A DNA stretch of 36,424 bases from an uncultured Thermomicrobiales bacterium (GCA_937891245.1 CALAGB010000229.1:1-36424); one strand, 5' to 3'; positions 16,750 to 26,081 are shown, counted from the stretch's first letter. Translations and numbers: made by a program. The notes: generated by a model from the sequence alone, not told the origin.

Positions 16750-17441
16750 TGAAGCATCTCGACTGGGTCCGTTATGAAGCGCGCCGCGTCGGCCTTGCCG
16801 GGCTGCTGACGCCGCTTTTGATCATGCTTGCCTTCAGCGGCTTCGGGCTGCTGATGCGCGCGAACGGCGTTTCGCCCGATCGCTCCACGCGCGCCGTCGT
16901 CGCCGGTCTGGAGATCGGCGTCGCTACGGCGGCCGGGCTAATCTCCGCTACGCTCGCCTCCTCTGACTCGCTGCTCGAACTTCATCTGTCGCTGGCGACG
17001 CGCTATCGCACGACCTTTGCGCGACGGCTCGCCCTAATGCTCGGCTGGACGGCGCTGGTCGGGATCATCACGACGGTCGTGGTCCGGCTGATCGGTCATG
17101 AACTCGCGCCGGTATCGCTGCTGGCGCAACAGCTCGTCTGGCTGGCACCGCTCGCCTGCTTCACGGGCATCGGTGCGGTTCTGACGCTTCTCCTGCGCAG
17201 CCGGAGTGGCGCGGCCGCCATGATCGCCGGGATCTGGATCGCCGAGACGCTGTTCGGAAAAGTGTTCGGTGCCACCACCTGGCTACAGCCCTTCTTCCTC
17301 TTCGCCACCAGCTTCACGGCCGGTAAGTCTTACTGGCTCGGAAACCGGCTGGAACTCATCGCGATGGGGCTGCTGTTCGGTGCGCTGGCGCTCATCTGGC
17401 TGAAACGCAATCCATCGATCCTACTGGGAGGAGAAGGTTGA
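16746..17441 (+). CDS. Polytopic membrane protein, paralogous to the anti-sigma membrane domain (ABC-2 permease-like?)
   Basis: An ATGA overlap couples it to the upstream gene, and it has about six TM segments. The block SSDSLLELHLSLATRYRTTFARRLALMLGW resembles ENDPSLEIAMSTPTSPRLVLLSRLTLVFGY in the anti-sigma factor. Confidence 0.7.
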   Translation: MMKHLDWVRYEARRVGLAGLLTPLLIMLAFSGFGLLMRANGVSPDRSTRAVVAGLEIGVATAAGLISATLASSDSLLELHLSLATRYRTTFARRLALMLGWTALVGIITTVVVRLIGHELAPVSLLAQQLVWLAPLACFTGIGAVLTLLLRSRSGAAAMIAGIWIAETLFGKVFGATTWLQPFFLFATSFTAGKSYWLGNRLELIAMGLLFGALALIWLKRNPSILLGGEG

Positions 17442-18223
17442 GTCACGGAGTCTGGTCGCCCTTCGCCGGTGCGACACACTACGAATTTCGCATGCAGCTC
17501 CGGCGCAAGTCGGTCTGGATCGCGACCTTTCTGACGAGCCTGATCGTCTTTACCGGCCTGCACAACCCCTGGAATTTTCCACACGATACAGCGCTGTCGG
17601 TCGTCGTGGCGCAATGGGCTGTCGTCTGCAACGCCTTCGCGCCGGTCGTCTTTGGCGTGCTGCTGGCCGACCGGCTGCCGCGTGATCGCCGCCTGCACCT
17701 GCCCGAACTGCTCGATGCCCTGCCCGCGCCGTCCGGCAGCCGGCTCGCCGGCAAGTATTTCGGCAGCGCCCTGGCGACCGCCACGCCGATCTTTGTCATC
17801 TATCTTTCCGGCATCATCTACATCCTGGCCGACCGCCATGATCCGCTGGCGGTCCCCCTTGGTCTGGCCGCCTTCCTGGCGATCAATCTTCCCGGCTTAC
17901 TCTTCGTCGCTGCCTTCTCGGTTGTGATGCCGGCTATTCTCTGGGTGCCGCTCTATCAGTTCCTCTTCGTCGGCTACTGGTTCTGGGGTAATCTGCTCAG
18001 CCCGTCGTATGGCATTCCAACCATCAGCACCACGTGGCTCACGCCGCTCGGCAGCTTCGCCGCGGCCGGCTTCTTCAGCCGGGCGGACGAGATCATGACG
18101 ATGGACGGGAGCACCGGGACCGTCTGGCAGGGTGCCGGCAGCATCGCGCTCTTGCTCGCCAGCGCCGTGCTCGCGCTGTTTATCGCGCAGCGCTATCTCA
18201 ACTGGCAGCGCGCCCGGCAATAA
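17438..18223 (+). CDS. Polytopic membrane protein (putative ABC-2-type permease component)
   Basis: A TTG start overlaps the upstream stop (TTGA) and GGAGGAGAAGG lies upstream. There are multiple hydrophobic helices, and the ATPase gene follows 12 nt downstream. Confidence 0.65.
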   Translation: MSHGVWSPFAGATHYEFRMQLRRKSVWIATFLTSLIVFTGLHNPWNFPHDTALSVVVAQWAVVCNAFAPVVFGVLLADRLPRDRRLHLPELLDALPAPSGSRLAGKYFGSALATATPIFVIYLSGIIYILADRHDPLAVPLGLAAFLAINLPGLLFVAAFSVVMPAILWVPLYQFLFVGYWFWGNLLSPSYGIPTISTTWLTPLGSFAAAGFFSRADEIMTMDGSTGTVWQGAGSIALLLASAVLALFIAQRYLNWQRARQ

Positions 18224-18235
18224 GAAGGAAAGACA

Positions 18236-19129
18236 ATGCAAATCGAGATTGAGAATCTAACCAAGACCTACAATCGCAACGTACGGGCGCTCGATAGAAT
18301 CGACCTGACGATCCCGAGCGGGATGTTCGGCCTGCTCGGACCCAATGGCGCCGGTAAAACGACGCTCATGCGTATTCTGGCCGGCATCCTGCGCCCAACC
18401 TCGGGCGAAATTCGGGTCGGTCAGATCGATGGTACGACCGACTCCGGCCGCCAGGCGATCAAAACGATCCTCGGCTACCTGCCGCAGGAACTCGGCCTCT
18501 ACCCCGATCTGACGGCCCGTGAATTCCTCGATTACATCGGCATCCTGAAGGGGCTGAACGACCGCCGCGCTCGCGCACAACGCGTCGATGAACTGCTGGA
18601 ACTGGTGGCGCTGAGCGATGTCGCCAAGCGAAAGCTCAAGACGTTCTCGGGCGGCATGAAGCGGCGCGTCGGTATTGCCCAGGCGTTGCTCAACGACCCA
18701 CGCCTGCTGATCGTCGACGAGCCGACCGCCGGACTCGACCCGGAGGAACGCATTCGCTTCCGTAACCTGCTTTCCGACCTCGGCGGCGATCGTACCGTCA
18801 TCCTCTCGACACACATCGTCGAGGATATCGCCCAGACGTGCCGCAACCTGGCGATTCTCGGCAAAGGCAAGCTCCTCTTCGAGGGGACGACCGCCAACCT
18901 GATTGACGCGGCACGGGGCAAGGTCTGGATGATCACGACCGACGGCCCCAAGCCGGACGGCGACCTCACCGTCGTCTCGACGCTGCACCTGGCCAACGAG
19001 ACGCAGTACCGTGTCGTCGGCGATTCGGCCTTCATCGCGGGCGCTCAACCGGCCGATCCCAGCCTGGAGGACGGCTACATCTGGCTCATGCGCTCCGGCC
19101 GGGCAGAAGTCGCGGCTCTCGCTGGATAA
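18236..19129 (+). CDS. ABC transporter ATP-binding protein (ABC-2/DrrA-like exporter type)
   Basis: It has Walker A GPNGAGKTT, the signature FSGGMKRRVGIAQAL, Walker B LLIVDEPTAGLD and an H-loop STHIVED. Confidence 0.9.
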   Translation: MQIEIENLTKTYNRNVRALDRIDLTIPSGMFGLLGPNGAGKTTLMRILAGILRPTSGEIRVGQIDGTTDSGRQAIKTILGYLPQELGLYPDLTAREFLDYIGILKGLNDRRARAQRVDELLELVALSDVAKRKLKTFSGGMKRRVGIAQALLNDPRLLIVDEPTAGLDPEERIRFRNLLSDLGGDRTVILSTHIVEDIAQTCRNLAILGKGKLLFEGTTANLIDAARGKVWMITTDGPKPDGDLTVVSTLHLANETQYRVVGDSAFIAGAQPADPSLEDGYIWLMRSGRAEVAALAG

Positions 19130-19269
19130 GGCGGCGAGAACAGAATTCGCGAGCGTGAAGTGGCTCCATTGATTCGTGCAGAGTGGTACTCCACGACGAT
19201 CCAGTCCGCCCGCACGATTGGTTCATGCGTATTTCCGCGCAACCGCCTACTGTTGAAGGAGTGATATCG

Positions 19270-19992
19270 ATGGTTCAGCCGCTCGCTCCGCGCCAGCTTT
19301 CCGGCGCGAATGTCAGTCCACTGCCGCCGGGGCTCTACCCAGCACGGACGCCGCTCGAGGGACGCTACGCGCGTCTGGAGCCGCTTAACCCGCTCACCCA
19401 TGCTGAAGAGCTCTGGGAGGCGAGTCATGCCGGTGTCGACACCGACCGCACCTGGGACTACATGGGCTACGGCCCCTTCACCAGTCTCGACGCTTTTCGC
19501 GGCTGGCTGCGTGACAGTGCGGCGCAGGCCGACCCGACCTTCTACGCCATTCGCGACGGTCGCGACGGCAAAGCGGCCGGTATGGCGAGCTTCCTCCGTA
19601 TCGAGCCAAAGATCGGCGCGATCGAGATCGGACACATCTGGCTGGCGCAATCGCTCCGCAACAGCCGCGAGGCGACCGAGGCGCTCTATCTCCTCATGCG
19701 CAATGCCCTGGACGACCTCGGCTACCGGCGGCTGGAATGGAAATGCGACGCGCTGAATGCCGCCTCACGCACCGCGGCCGCGCGGCTCGGCTTCGCCTTC
19801 GAGGGGATCTTCTATCAGCACATGATCTACAAGGGTCACAACCGCGACACCGCCTGGTTCTCGATCCTCAACCATGAATGGCCTGCCATCCGCGCCAACT
19901 TCGAGACCTGGCTCTCGCCCGACAATTTCGACGCCGATGGCCGCCAGCGCCAATCGCTCAGCGACCTGAACCGGGCGTTGCGACCGGAGTGA
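19270..19992 (+). CDS. GNAT family N-acetyltransferase (RimJ/RimL-like, Acetyltransf_3-type)
   Basis: It shows LEPLNPLTHAEELWEA...IEIGHIWLAQSLRNSREATEALYLLMRNALDDLGYRRLEWKCDALNAASRTAAARLGFAFEG. An AAGGAG lies 8 nt before the ATG at 19270. Confidence 0.85.
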   Translation: MVQPLAPRQLSGANVSPLPPGLYPARTPLEGRYARLEPLNPLTHAEELWEASHAGVDTDRTWDYMGYGPFTSLDAFRGWLRDSAAQADPTFYAIRDGRDGKAAGMASFLRIEPKIGAIEIGHIWLAQSLRNSREATEALYLLMRNALDDLGYRRLEWKCDALNAASRTAAARLGFAFEGIFYQHMIYKGHNRDTAWFSILNHEWPAIRANFETWLSPDNFDADGRQRQSLSDLNRALRPE

Positions 19993-19999
19993 GCGATCA

Positions 20000-20061
20000 C
20001 TCGCGCAGAGACGCAGAGAATATTTCTGAGGAACTCTGCGCGCTCCACGTCTCCGCGCGAG
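20000..20061. repeat. Intergenic hairpin repeat, family 2, copy 2 (probable bidirectional terminator)
   Basis: The outer stem CTCGCGCAGAGACG / CGTCTCCGCGCGAG pairs at 13 of 14 positions. The inner stem is CGCAGAG / CTCTGCG around an AT-rich loop aatatttctgaggaa. It lies between the convergent GNAT and M20 genes. Confidence 0.6.
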
Positions 20062-20070
20062 GAATCCGTT

Positions 20071-21198
20071 CTACCCCTGTGCGACCAATTCCGAGGCTTC
20101 AATCACGAGACGCAGCACCTGGGCGAGACCGTCGCCGATTGAGGGGACCTCGATATATTCGTGGATCGTGTGCGCGCCTTCGCCGGTCGCGACACCGACG
20201 CAGACGGCCGGGATATTCTGGCTGAAGGGGATATTGGCATCGGTACTGCCCGCTCGCAGTTCCGGCGAGAAGCCGAGATCGCGCAGCACCTCTATCGCCT
20301 TCTGGATCAGCGGGTCATTCGGCTCACGACCACCGGCCGGGCGTTCGCCGACGACCTCGATGTGCGTCTCAAGCCCTTCGCCCGCCCTTGTCTCAATGAT
20401 CGTCTTCACCTGATCGGCCAGCGCATCGAGCTCGGCCACACCGACTGAGCGCATATCAATGAGGGCGCTCGCGCTGGGTGCGATCGTATTGATCGACGTG
20501 CCACCGTCGATGATCCCGACGTTGTACGTCGTCTTCGGCTCGCTCGGCACCGTGAGATCGGCGATCGCCGCGATGATCCGGCCGAGTCCATGAATGGCGC
20601 TCGGCAGGCCGAAGGCACCGAAGGAATGCCCGCCCGGACCGGTGACCGTGAGCCGCCAGCGCTTCGAGCCGACACCCTGATTGAGCACATCACCCTGCCG
20701 GCCATCGATAACGATGACCGCGCCGAGTTGATCGCGATAGCGCTCGACGGCCGCGCGTGCCCCACGCAGATTGCCGAGGCCCTCTTCACCGACGTTGGCC
20801 GTCGCGATCAGATCAACCGCCGTCTCGATCTTCAATTCGTCGAGCAGGTCAAAGAGATTGATCATCGCCGAGACGTTGACGCTGTTGTCGCCGATGCTCG
20901 GTCCGTAGATCCGGTCACCCTCGCGACGCACCGACATATCGATTCCCGCCGGGAAGACCGTGTCGGTATGCGCCAGGAGCATGATCGCTTTGCCACCACG
21001 TTTACCCCGGCGCGTATAGACGTTCTGAATCTCATCGATCTCCGGCGCGTAGCCACGATCGCGGAACTGCTGGGCGACGAACGCGGCACGTTCGTGTTCG
21101 CCACCGCCCCAGGAGGGGATGACGCTAATCCGCGTCGCCAATTCAGCGACCGCGTCAACCTTGCCGTGCGCGGCCTCACGGAGTTGATCTCTTGACAT
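20071..21198 (-). CDS. M20 family metallopeptidase (ArgE/DapE/PepT-like)
   Basis: It has the metal-ligand context MLLAHTDTVFP, GDNSV and NVGEEGLGNLRG, and is 375 aa long. Substrate specificity cannot be called. Confidence 0.8.
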   Translation of the reverse strand: MSRDQLREAAHGKVDAVAELATRISVIPSWGGGEHERAAFVAQQFRDRGYAPEIDEIQNVYTRRGKRGGKAIMLLAHTDTVFPAGIDMSVRREGDRIYGPSIGDNSVNVSAMINLFDLLDELKIETAVDLIATANVGEEGLGNLRGARAAVERYRDQLGAVIVIDGRQGDVLNQGVGSKRWRLTVTGPGGHSFGAFGLPSAIHGLGRIIAAIADLTVPSEPKTTYNVGIIDGGTSINTIAPSASALIDMRSVGVAELDALADQVKTIIETRAGEGLETHIEVVGERPAGGREPNDPLIQKAIEVLRDLGFSPELRAGSTDANIPFSQNIPAVCVGVATGEGAHTIHEYIEVPSIGDGLAQVLRLVIEASELVAQG

Positions 21199-21565
21199 TC
21201 GATTGCTCCCTCCATACCCGTTTTTCGAGGAATGTACTTCGTACTGACTTCAATCCCGCAGGAAAAGCGACCGATGGGCCAGAGCCGATCGGCCGTCCTG
21301 CTGCGATACTACGCCAGGAAACCGAGGCTGTCGCCCCTGTATACCGAGAACCGACGGCCTGAACACGACGCGCTGTCACGTATGACCAGACGTTGCGTGG
21401 AGCGAACCTGATACGTTGTTCATTCTCGGCGAACGCTACGTGGTCCTGCTATCCTTAAGTACGAAGGTCATTTGTATGTTGACGTTTATGGCCGTCGCGA
21501 ATATGTACCGTTATTGCCGTCCTCCACATTGCTATGCATGCTGAGGGCAAGCGAAGGAATCTCAA

Positions 21566-22270
21566 GTGGCGATCACACAGGAACATCACAGCACACGGCT
21601 TACCGAATATCGCGAGCAGTTCAGTAATCTCGAACGTGCCACCGATGTAGTCCGTGAGACGTTGCGTGAAGCGATTCTCGATGGGCATCTTGCCGCCGGA
21701 ACCTGGCTCCGCGAGGAGGAGATCGCTCGTGAACTCGGCGTCAGCCGCACACCGGTACGCGAGGCACTGCAGCAACTGACCGCCGTTGAACTTATCGAAT
21801 TCAAGCCGCACCAGGGTGCCGTCGTCTCGCGGCTGACCAGCGACGATATCTTGGCGATTTACATCGTACGCGAAGCGTTGGAGGGGATTTCCGCCCGCAT
21901 TGCCGCTGTTCGCGCCACGCAGGAAGATATCGATGACCTGCGCCAGATCCTGACGCAGATGGAACAGTGCGCGGCCGCCAACAACGCAGAGGCGCTGGCC
22001 GACCTTAATCTCGCTTTTCACGCCAGGATGAGGCGCATCTCGACCAATCGCTACCTCGATCGCTTCCTCACCCAGGTCGAACAATCCGTACGCCGCTTCG
22101 GCCGCACCACCTATCGCTACACCAACCGAGCACCAAGTTCGATCGATGAGCACCGGGCCATCGTCGATGCCATCGCGGAACACAATCCGGAGCAAGCCGA
22201 AGCTGTCGCGGTCGAACACATGCGCCAAGCTCGACAACTGCGCTTGCAAATGATCAGCGAAGGCTATTAA
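21566..22270 (+). CDS. GntR family transcriptional regulator (FadR/FCD subfamily)
   Basis: The wHTH is LREAILDGHLAAGTWLREEEIARELGVSRTPVREALQQLTAVELIEFKPHQGAVV. An all-helical FCD-like C-domain follows. The start codon is GTG. Confidence 0.9.
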   Translation: MAITQEHHSTRLTEYREQFSNLERATDVVRETLREAILDGHLAAGTWLREEEIARELGVSRTPVREALQQLTAVELIEFKPHQGAVVSRLTSDDILAIYIVREALEGISARIAAVRATQEDIDDLRQILTQMEQCAAANNAEALADLNLAFHARMRRISTNRYLDRFLTQVEQSVRRFGRTTYRYTNRAPSSIDEHRAIVDAIAEHNPEQAEAVAVEHMRQARQLRLQMISEGY

Positions 22271-22320
22271 GCTCCCAGCGAACGGCCGGCATGGCGTCCG
22301 ATTCTTGGGGAGCACTGAAC

Positions 22321-23247
22321 ATGACTCAGCGTGACGAACTCCGATTCGACAGCGGTGGTTTGACGCTGGCGGGCACGCTGCATCGCCCCGACGGGCCGGG
22401 GCCACACCCAGCGCTCGTGATGCTGCAAGGTTCCGGCCCGGAAGACCGAGACAGCAACGGCTATTTCCCACCGATTCGCGACGAATTCCTCACAAATGGG
22501 ATCGCGGTCTATTCCTGGGACAAACCGGGTATCGGCGAGTCAAGCGGCGACTGGCACCAACGCGATCTCTTCGATCGCGCGAATGAAGCGCTCGACGCGA
22601 TCACCGCGCTTCGCGAGCAGCCGGGCATCGATCCGACACGGGTGGGCATCTGGGGCCACAGTCAGGGAGGCTGGATCGGCCCGCTCGCGGCCTCGAAAGC
22701 GCATGATCTCGCCTTTTTGATCGTTAACTCCGGCCCAGCCGTCGATGTCCACGAGCAGGATCTCTTCGGCATCGAGCAGACGCTGCGCCGCGATGGCGCC
22801 AGCGAGGACGAGATCACCGACGCGCTCGCCTACATGAACCGTATTCACGAAGCGACGATCGCGGCTCTGTCGTACGACGAGGCCGTATCGACCATTCTCG
22901 AACCGGCCCGCGGTTCAGCCGGGGAAACCTACTTTGGCGAGATCGACCCGGAACTCTGGCAGTTCCTGGTACTCGTCTCGCAGAATCTCTACGATCCGGT
23001 CAGCGTGCTGGAACAGATCACCGGCCCAACGCTGGTGCTTTTCGGTGAACTCGATGTTTTGACGCCGGTCGCCCGCAGCGTGCCGCTGTTCGAGTCGGCC
23101 TTCGAAACCTCGGGCAACGCCAACCTGACGATCAGCGTTTTCCCCGGCGCCAACCACCGCATTCTGGTCGGCGATCCTCCCACCTTCGCCCCCGGCTACC
23201 TGGAGACGATGAGCAGTTGGATTCGCCGCCAGGTCGGGCTCGATTAG
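22321..23247 (+). CDS. Alpha/beta hydrolase (S9/dienelactone-hydrolase-like)
   Basis: It has the nucleophile elbow GHSQGGW and a C-terminal His context (FPGANHRIL). The ATG at 22321 has GGGGAG 8 nt upstream. Confidence 0.8.
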   Translation: MTQRDELRFDSGGLTLAGTLHRPDGPGPHPALVMLQGSGPEDRDSNGYFPPIRDEFLTNGIAVYSWDKPGIGESSGDWHQRDLFDRANEALDAITALREQPGIDPTRVGIWGHSQGGWIGPLAASKAHDLAFLIVNSGPAVDVHEQDLFGIEQTLRRDGASEDEITDALAYMNRIHEATIAALSYDEAVSTILEPARGSAGETYFGEIDPELWQFLVLVSQNLYDPVSVLEQITGPTLVLFGELDVLTPVARSVPLFESAFETSGNANLTISVFPGANHRILVGDPPTFAPGYLETMSSWIRRQVGLD

Positions 23248-23256
23248 GCAGGGAAC

Positions 23257-23407
23257 GGCCCTCACCCCCAGCCCCTCTCCCAATTCTGGGAAAGGGGCGT
23301 CTTGGGGAGGAAGTTGGTCGTGTTCCTGCAACGCGTGTACTGGGGGGACGTGGGCGCCATAAATATCGCCCACGCGACTTTCGTCGCGCGTCTCCTCCCC
23401 TCTCCAC
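23257..23407. repeat. Intergenic GC-rich palindromic repeat element, family 1, copy B
   Basis: The sequence ggccctcacccccagcccctctcccaattctgggaaaggggcgtcttggggaggaagttggtcgtgttcc... is colinear with the reverse complement of 4700-4842. It fills the convergent gap between the hydrolase and VOC genes. Confidence 0.65.
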
Positions 23408-23410
23408 GCG

Positions 23411-23887
23411 CTACTCGCCGGTGTAGGCCGCCTGCAGCAGCGGAATCTCGATCTTGGTCATCTGGAGCATCGCCTGGGTGACACGGTTCGCTTTCTCGCG
23501 ATCGGGGTCCGCCATCAGCTCAAGCAGGATGCGCGGCACGATCTGCCAGGTGACGCCGAATTTGTCGGTCGTCCAGCCACACTGGTTCGGCTCACCGCCC
23601 TCAGAGAGCTTCTCCCAGTAGTGATCGACTTCCTCTTGCGTATCGCAGTTGATGACGAACGAAGTCGCCGGTGAAAACTGGTAATGCGGCCCGCCATTGA
23701 GCGCCACGAACGTCTGGTCGTTCAGCCGGAACTCGGTCGTCATCACCGTGCCGGGCGCGCCTGGTCCCGCTTCACCATAGCGCACGATGTTCAGCAGTTC
23801 GGAATCCGCGAAGACCGAGAGATAGTAATTCGTCGCCTCTTCCGCCTGCGAATCGAACCAGAGGAACGGGGTGATTGACTGAGCCAT
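23411..23887 (-). CDS. VOC/glyoxalase-superfamily protein (PhnB-like, '3-demethylubiquinone-9 3-methyltransferase domain' family)
   Basis: ITPFLWFDSQAEEATNYYLSVF...FVALNGGP...EEVDHYWEKLSEGG...CGWTTDKFGVTWQIVP is characteristic of the PF06983-type family. Confidence 0.85.
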   Translation of the reverse strand: MAQSITPFLWFDSQAEEATNYYLSVFADSELLNIVRYGEAGPGAPGTVMTTEFRLNDQTFVALNGGPHYQFSPATSFVINCDTQEEVDHYWEKLSEGGEPNQCGWTTDKFGVTWQIVPRILLELMADPDREKANRVTQAMLQMTKIEIPLLQAAYTGE

Positions 23888-23925
23888 CGGTCACTCCTTG
23901 CATGCACGTCATCAGTACGAAAAAG

Positions 23926-23949
23926 AGCGGGTGCCCGCAAACACCCGCT
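23926..23949 (-). terminator. Rho-independent terminator of the dapA-dapB operon
   Basis: On the minus strand the hairpin is AGCGGGTG-tttgcggg-CACCCGCT followed by ctttttcg. It lies about 40 nt after the dapB stop. Confidence 0.6.
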
Positions 23950-23988
23950 ACTTCTTGTCGTTTAGCGACGCTCAAAATCGACAGGCGA

Positions 23989-24720
23989 TCAATAGCCGGT
24001 GAGATCGGCCAGCAATTGGTCGATGTCGTAGCGCCCGGGTGGCTGCCGCAGGAGGAAACGGGCTGCCAGCAGCGCGCCCACCGCATACGAGCGGCGCCCG
24101 AACGCTTGATGGGTGAGCGTCAGCTCTTCGTCACCAGCCGCAAAGCGTACGGTGTGGCGGCCCGGTTGGCCGCCCAGGCGCAGCGAATGGAGATCGACGG
24201 CCGGTGCGGCGCCACGAGCCTCCGAGATTGTCTCTGCCAGGAGCAAGGCGGTTCCTGAGGGTGCATCGCGTTTGGCGGTGTGATGAGTCTCGATGATCGC
24301 CACGTCGTAGGCCGCCAGCGTCGTCGCCAGGCGGCGCAGCGCCTGCCGCAGCGCCGCGATCCCCAGACTGAAGTTTGCCGCGACGAAGAGCGGGATACGC
24401 AGGGCGTGCGCGTCGAGCCCGGCCGATTGATTCGCGTCGAAGCCGGTGGTGCCGCTAACGAAGCAACAGCCGTGCGCGACGCAGGCAGCCGCATGCCGCA
24501 GCGCACTCTCCGGCGTGCTGAAGTCGATGATAACGTCACAAACCGCGGCCAGTTCGTCCGGCTGGTCCGTCAGAAGATCCGGCCACCAGGCGTCCGCGAC
24601 ATAGGTACTGCCGGGGCGAACCGTGCCGCCGGCCAGCTGCAACTCCGGATCGCCGTCCACCAGTCCGGCCACGGTTCGCCCCATGCGACCGGCAATACCG
24701 GCGACGCCGACACGCATCAT
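23989..24720 (-). CDS. dapB: 4-hydroxy-tetrahydrodipicolinate reductase
   Basis: It has the N-terminal Rossmann motif MRVGVAGIAGRMGR and the DapB signature IETHHTAKRDAPSGTAL. An ATGA overlap couples it to dapA. Confidence 0.9.
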   Translation of the reverse strand: MMRVGVAGIAGRMGRTVAGLVDGDPELQLAGGTVRPGSTYVADAWWPDLLTDQPDELAAVCDVIIDFSTPESALRHAAACVAHGCCFVSGTTGFDANQSAGLDAHALRIPLFVAANFSLGIAALRQALRRLATTLAAYDVAIIETHHTAKRDAPSGTALLLAETISEARGAAPAVDLHSLRLGGQPGRHTVRFAAGDEELTLTHQAFGRRSYAVGALLAARFLLRQPPGRYDIDQLLADLTGY

Positions 24721-25658
24721 GACGCCACCTCGGACCGTTCATCACTGCCCACACCGGCGAGCAGCGCCGTGTCCGACGACCGAATTTGTCTTGGATCGTA
24801 ACGCTCCCAAACGTGTCGCAGGCGACGTTCGCTTGCCGGGGCCAGCGGCACGAGCGGCAGGCGCAGTTCGGCTGTACAGAGACCGAGCCAGCTCGCCACC
24901 GTCTTCACCGGAATCGGATTCGTCTCGATGAAGAGGGCGCGCGTGAGATCGGCAAGCTGGTGGTGGAGCGTGCGCGCTTGAGAAAGATCGCCCGCGAGCA
25001 TCGCCTCAACCAGCCTGGCGATCGGCCGTGGTGCAACATTCGCCACCACTGACACGACACCACGCGCGCCGACGCTCATCATCGGAAGCGTGAGCGCATC
25101 ATCACCCGACAGGACCGTCAGGTCGGACCCGGCGACCGCGACCATCTGGCTTGCCTGTTCGACCGACCCGCTCGCCTCCTTGAGCGCCACGATCGAGGGG
25201 ATGCGACCAAGCCGGGCGACGGTCTCCGGCAGGAGATTCGCACCAGTCCGGCCCGGCACGTTGTAGAGCATGAGTGGCAGGTCAACAGCCGCGGCGATCG
25301 CCGCGAAGTGTTGGTAGAGGCCTTCCTGGGTTGGCCGATTGTAATACGGGGTGACGACCAGCGCGCCATCGGCACCGAGTTCGCGCGCTCGGCGCGTCCG
25401 CTCGATCGTCACATCCGTGTTGTTCGTGCCGGTGCCGATCAAGACCGGTACCCGACCGGCCGCTTGCGCGAGCACGATCTCGGCAACCCGTTCCCATTCC
25501 GGCGTAGTCAGCGACGGCGCCTCGCCCGTCGTGCCGCACGGGATCAACCCATGCGTGCCGTTCGCGATCTGAAAGTCGACCAACGCACGCAACGCTGCTT
25601 CATCAAGTCGTCCAGCCCGGAACGGCGTGACGAGCGCCACAAAACTTCCCTGAAACAT
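24717..25658 (-). CDS. dapA: 4-hydroxy-tetrahydrodipicolinate synthase
   Basis: GSFVALVTPFRAGRLDEAALRALVDFQIANGTHGLIPCGTTGEAPSLT and the Schiff-base lysine context (IVALKEASG) match DapA. It has a C-terminal tail of about 20 aa compared with typical DapA. Confidence 0.9.
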   Translation of the reverse strand: MFQGSFVALVTPFRAGRLDEAALRALVDFQIANGTHGLIPCGTTGEAPSLTTPEWERVAEIVLAQAAGRVPVLIGTGTNNTDVTIERTRRARELGADGALVVTPYYNRPTQEGLYQHFAAIAAAVDLPLMLYNVPGRTGANLLPETVARLGRIPSIVALKEASGSVEQASQMVAVAGSDLTVLSGDDALTLPMMSVGARGVVSVVANVAPRPIARLVEAMLAGDLSQARTLHHQLADLTRALFIETNPIPVKTVASWLGLCTAELRLPLVPLAPASERRLRHVWERYDPRQIRSSDTALLAGVGSDERSEVAS

Positions 25659-26081
25659 TGAAATCTTCCCTTCGCCAACGTATGGATCACACCCCTGGAC
25701 CTCTATGAGTCCAGGTTGATGCTTGTCATCCTGACCGCAGCGAGTGGTACCCGCGAGCGGGTTCTTCTCTTCGCTCCCCAGGCGTCATGTGGAGGGAAGC
25801 ATCAAAGAGATTCTTCACTGCGGCCCAGAAGGACAAGAAGGACAACGGCCATAGCAGCCGTCCATCTGCGTCGCGATCTGCTTTATCTCGTCAGTTGTTT
25901 ACTGGTTTAGGGGTGCCCAAAACGGGCTAGCGTTTGGAGGATTTACGAAGTGAGAGAGCGGGAGTGGTCATGGAAACTTGGAAGGCGCGAACGAAGGGTC
26001 TACGACGGTGGTGAGACATAGCAAACCTCCTGATCATAACGACGAATCGGAGCCGATTGTAATGAGCCGGCGGCCGGCGTG

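Noticed and set aside
21455-22471. 338-aa minus-strand ORF, one of the longest in the track
   Set aside because: It is entirely antisense to the well-supported GntR gene and the start of the hydrolase gene. Its Arg/Ala/Gly-rich composition and lack of motifs are typical of shadow ORFs in GC-rich DNA.
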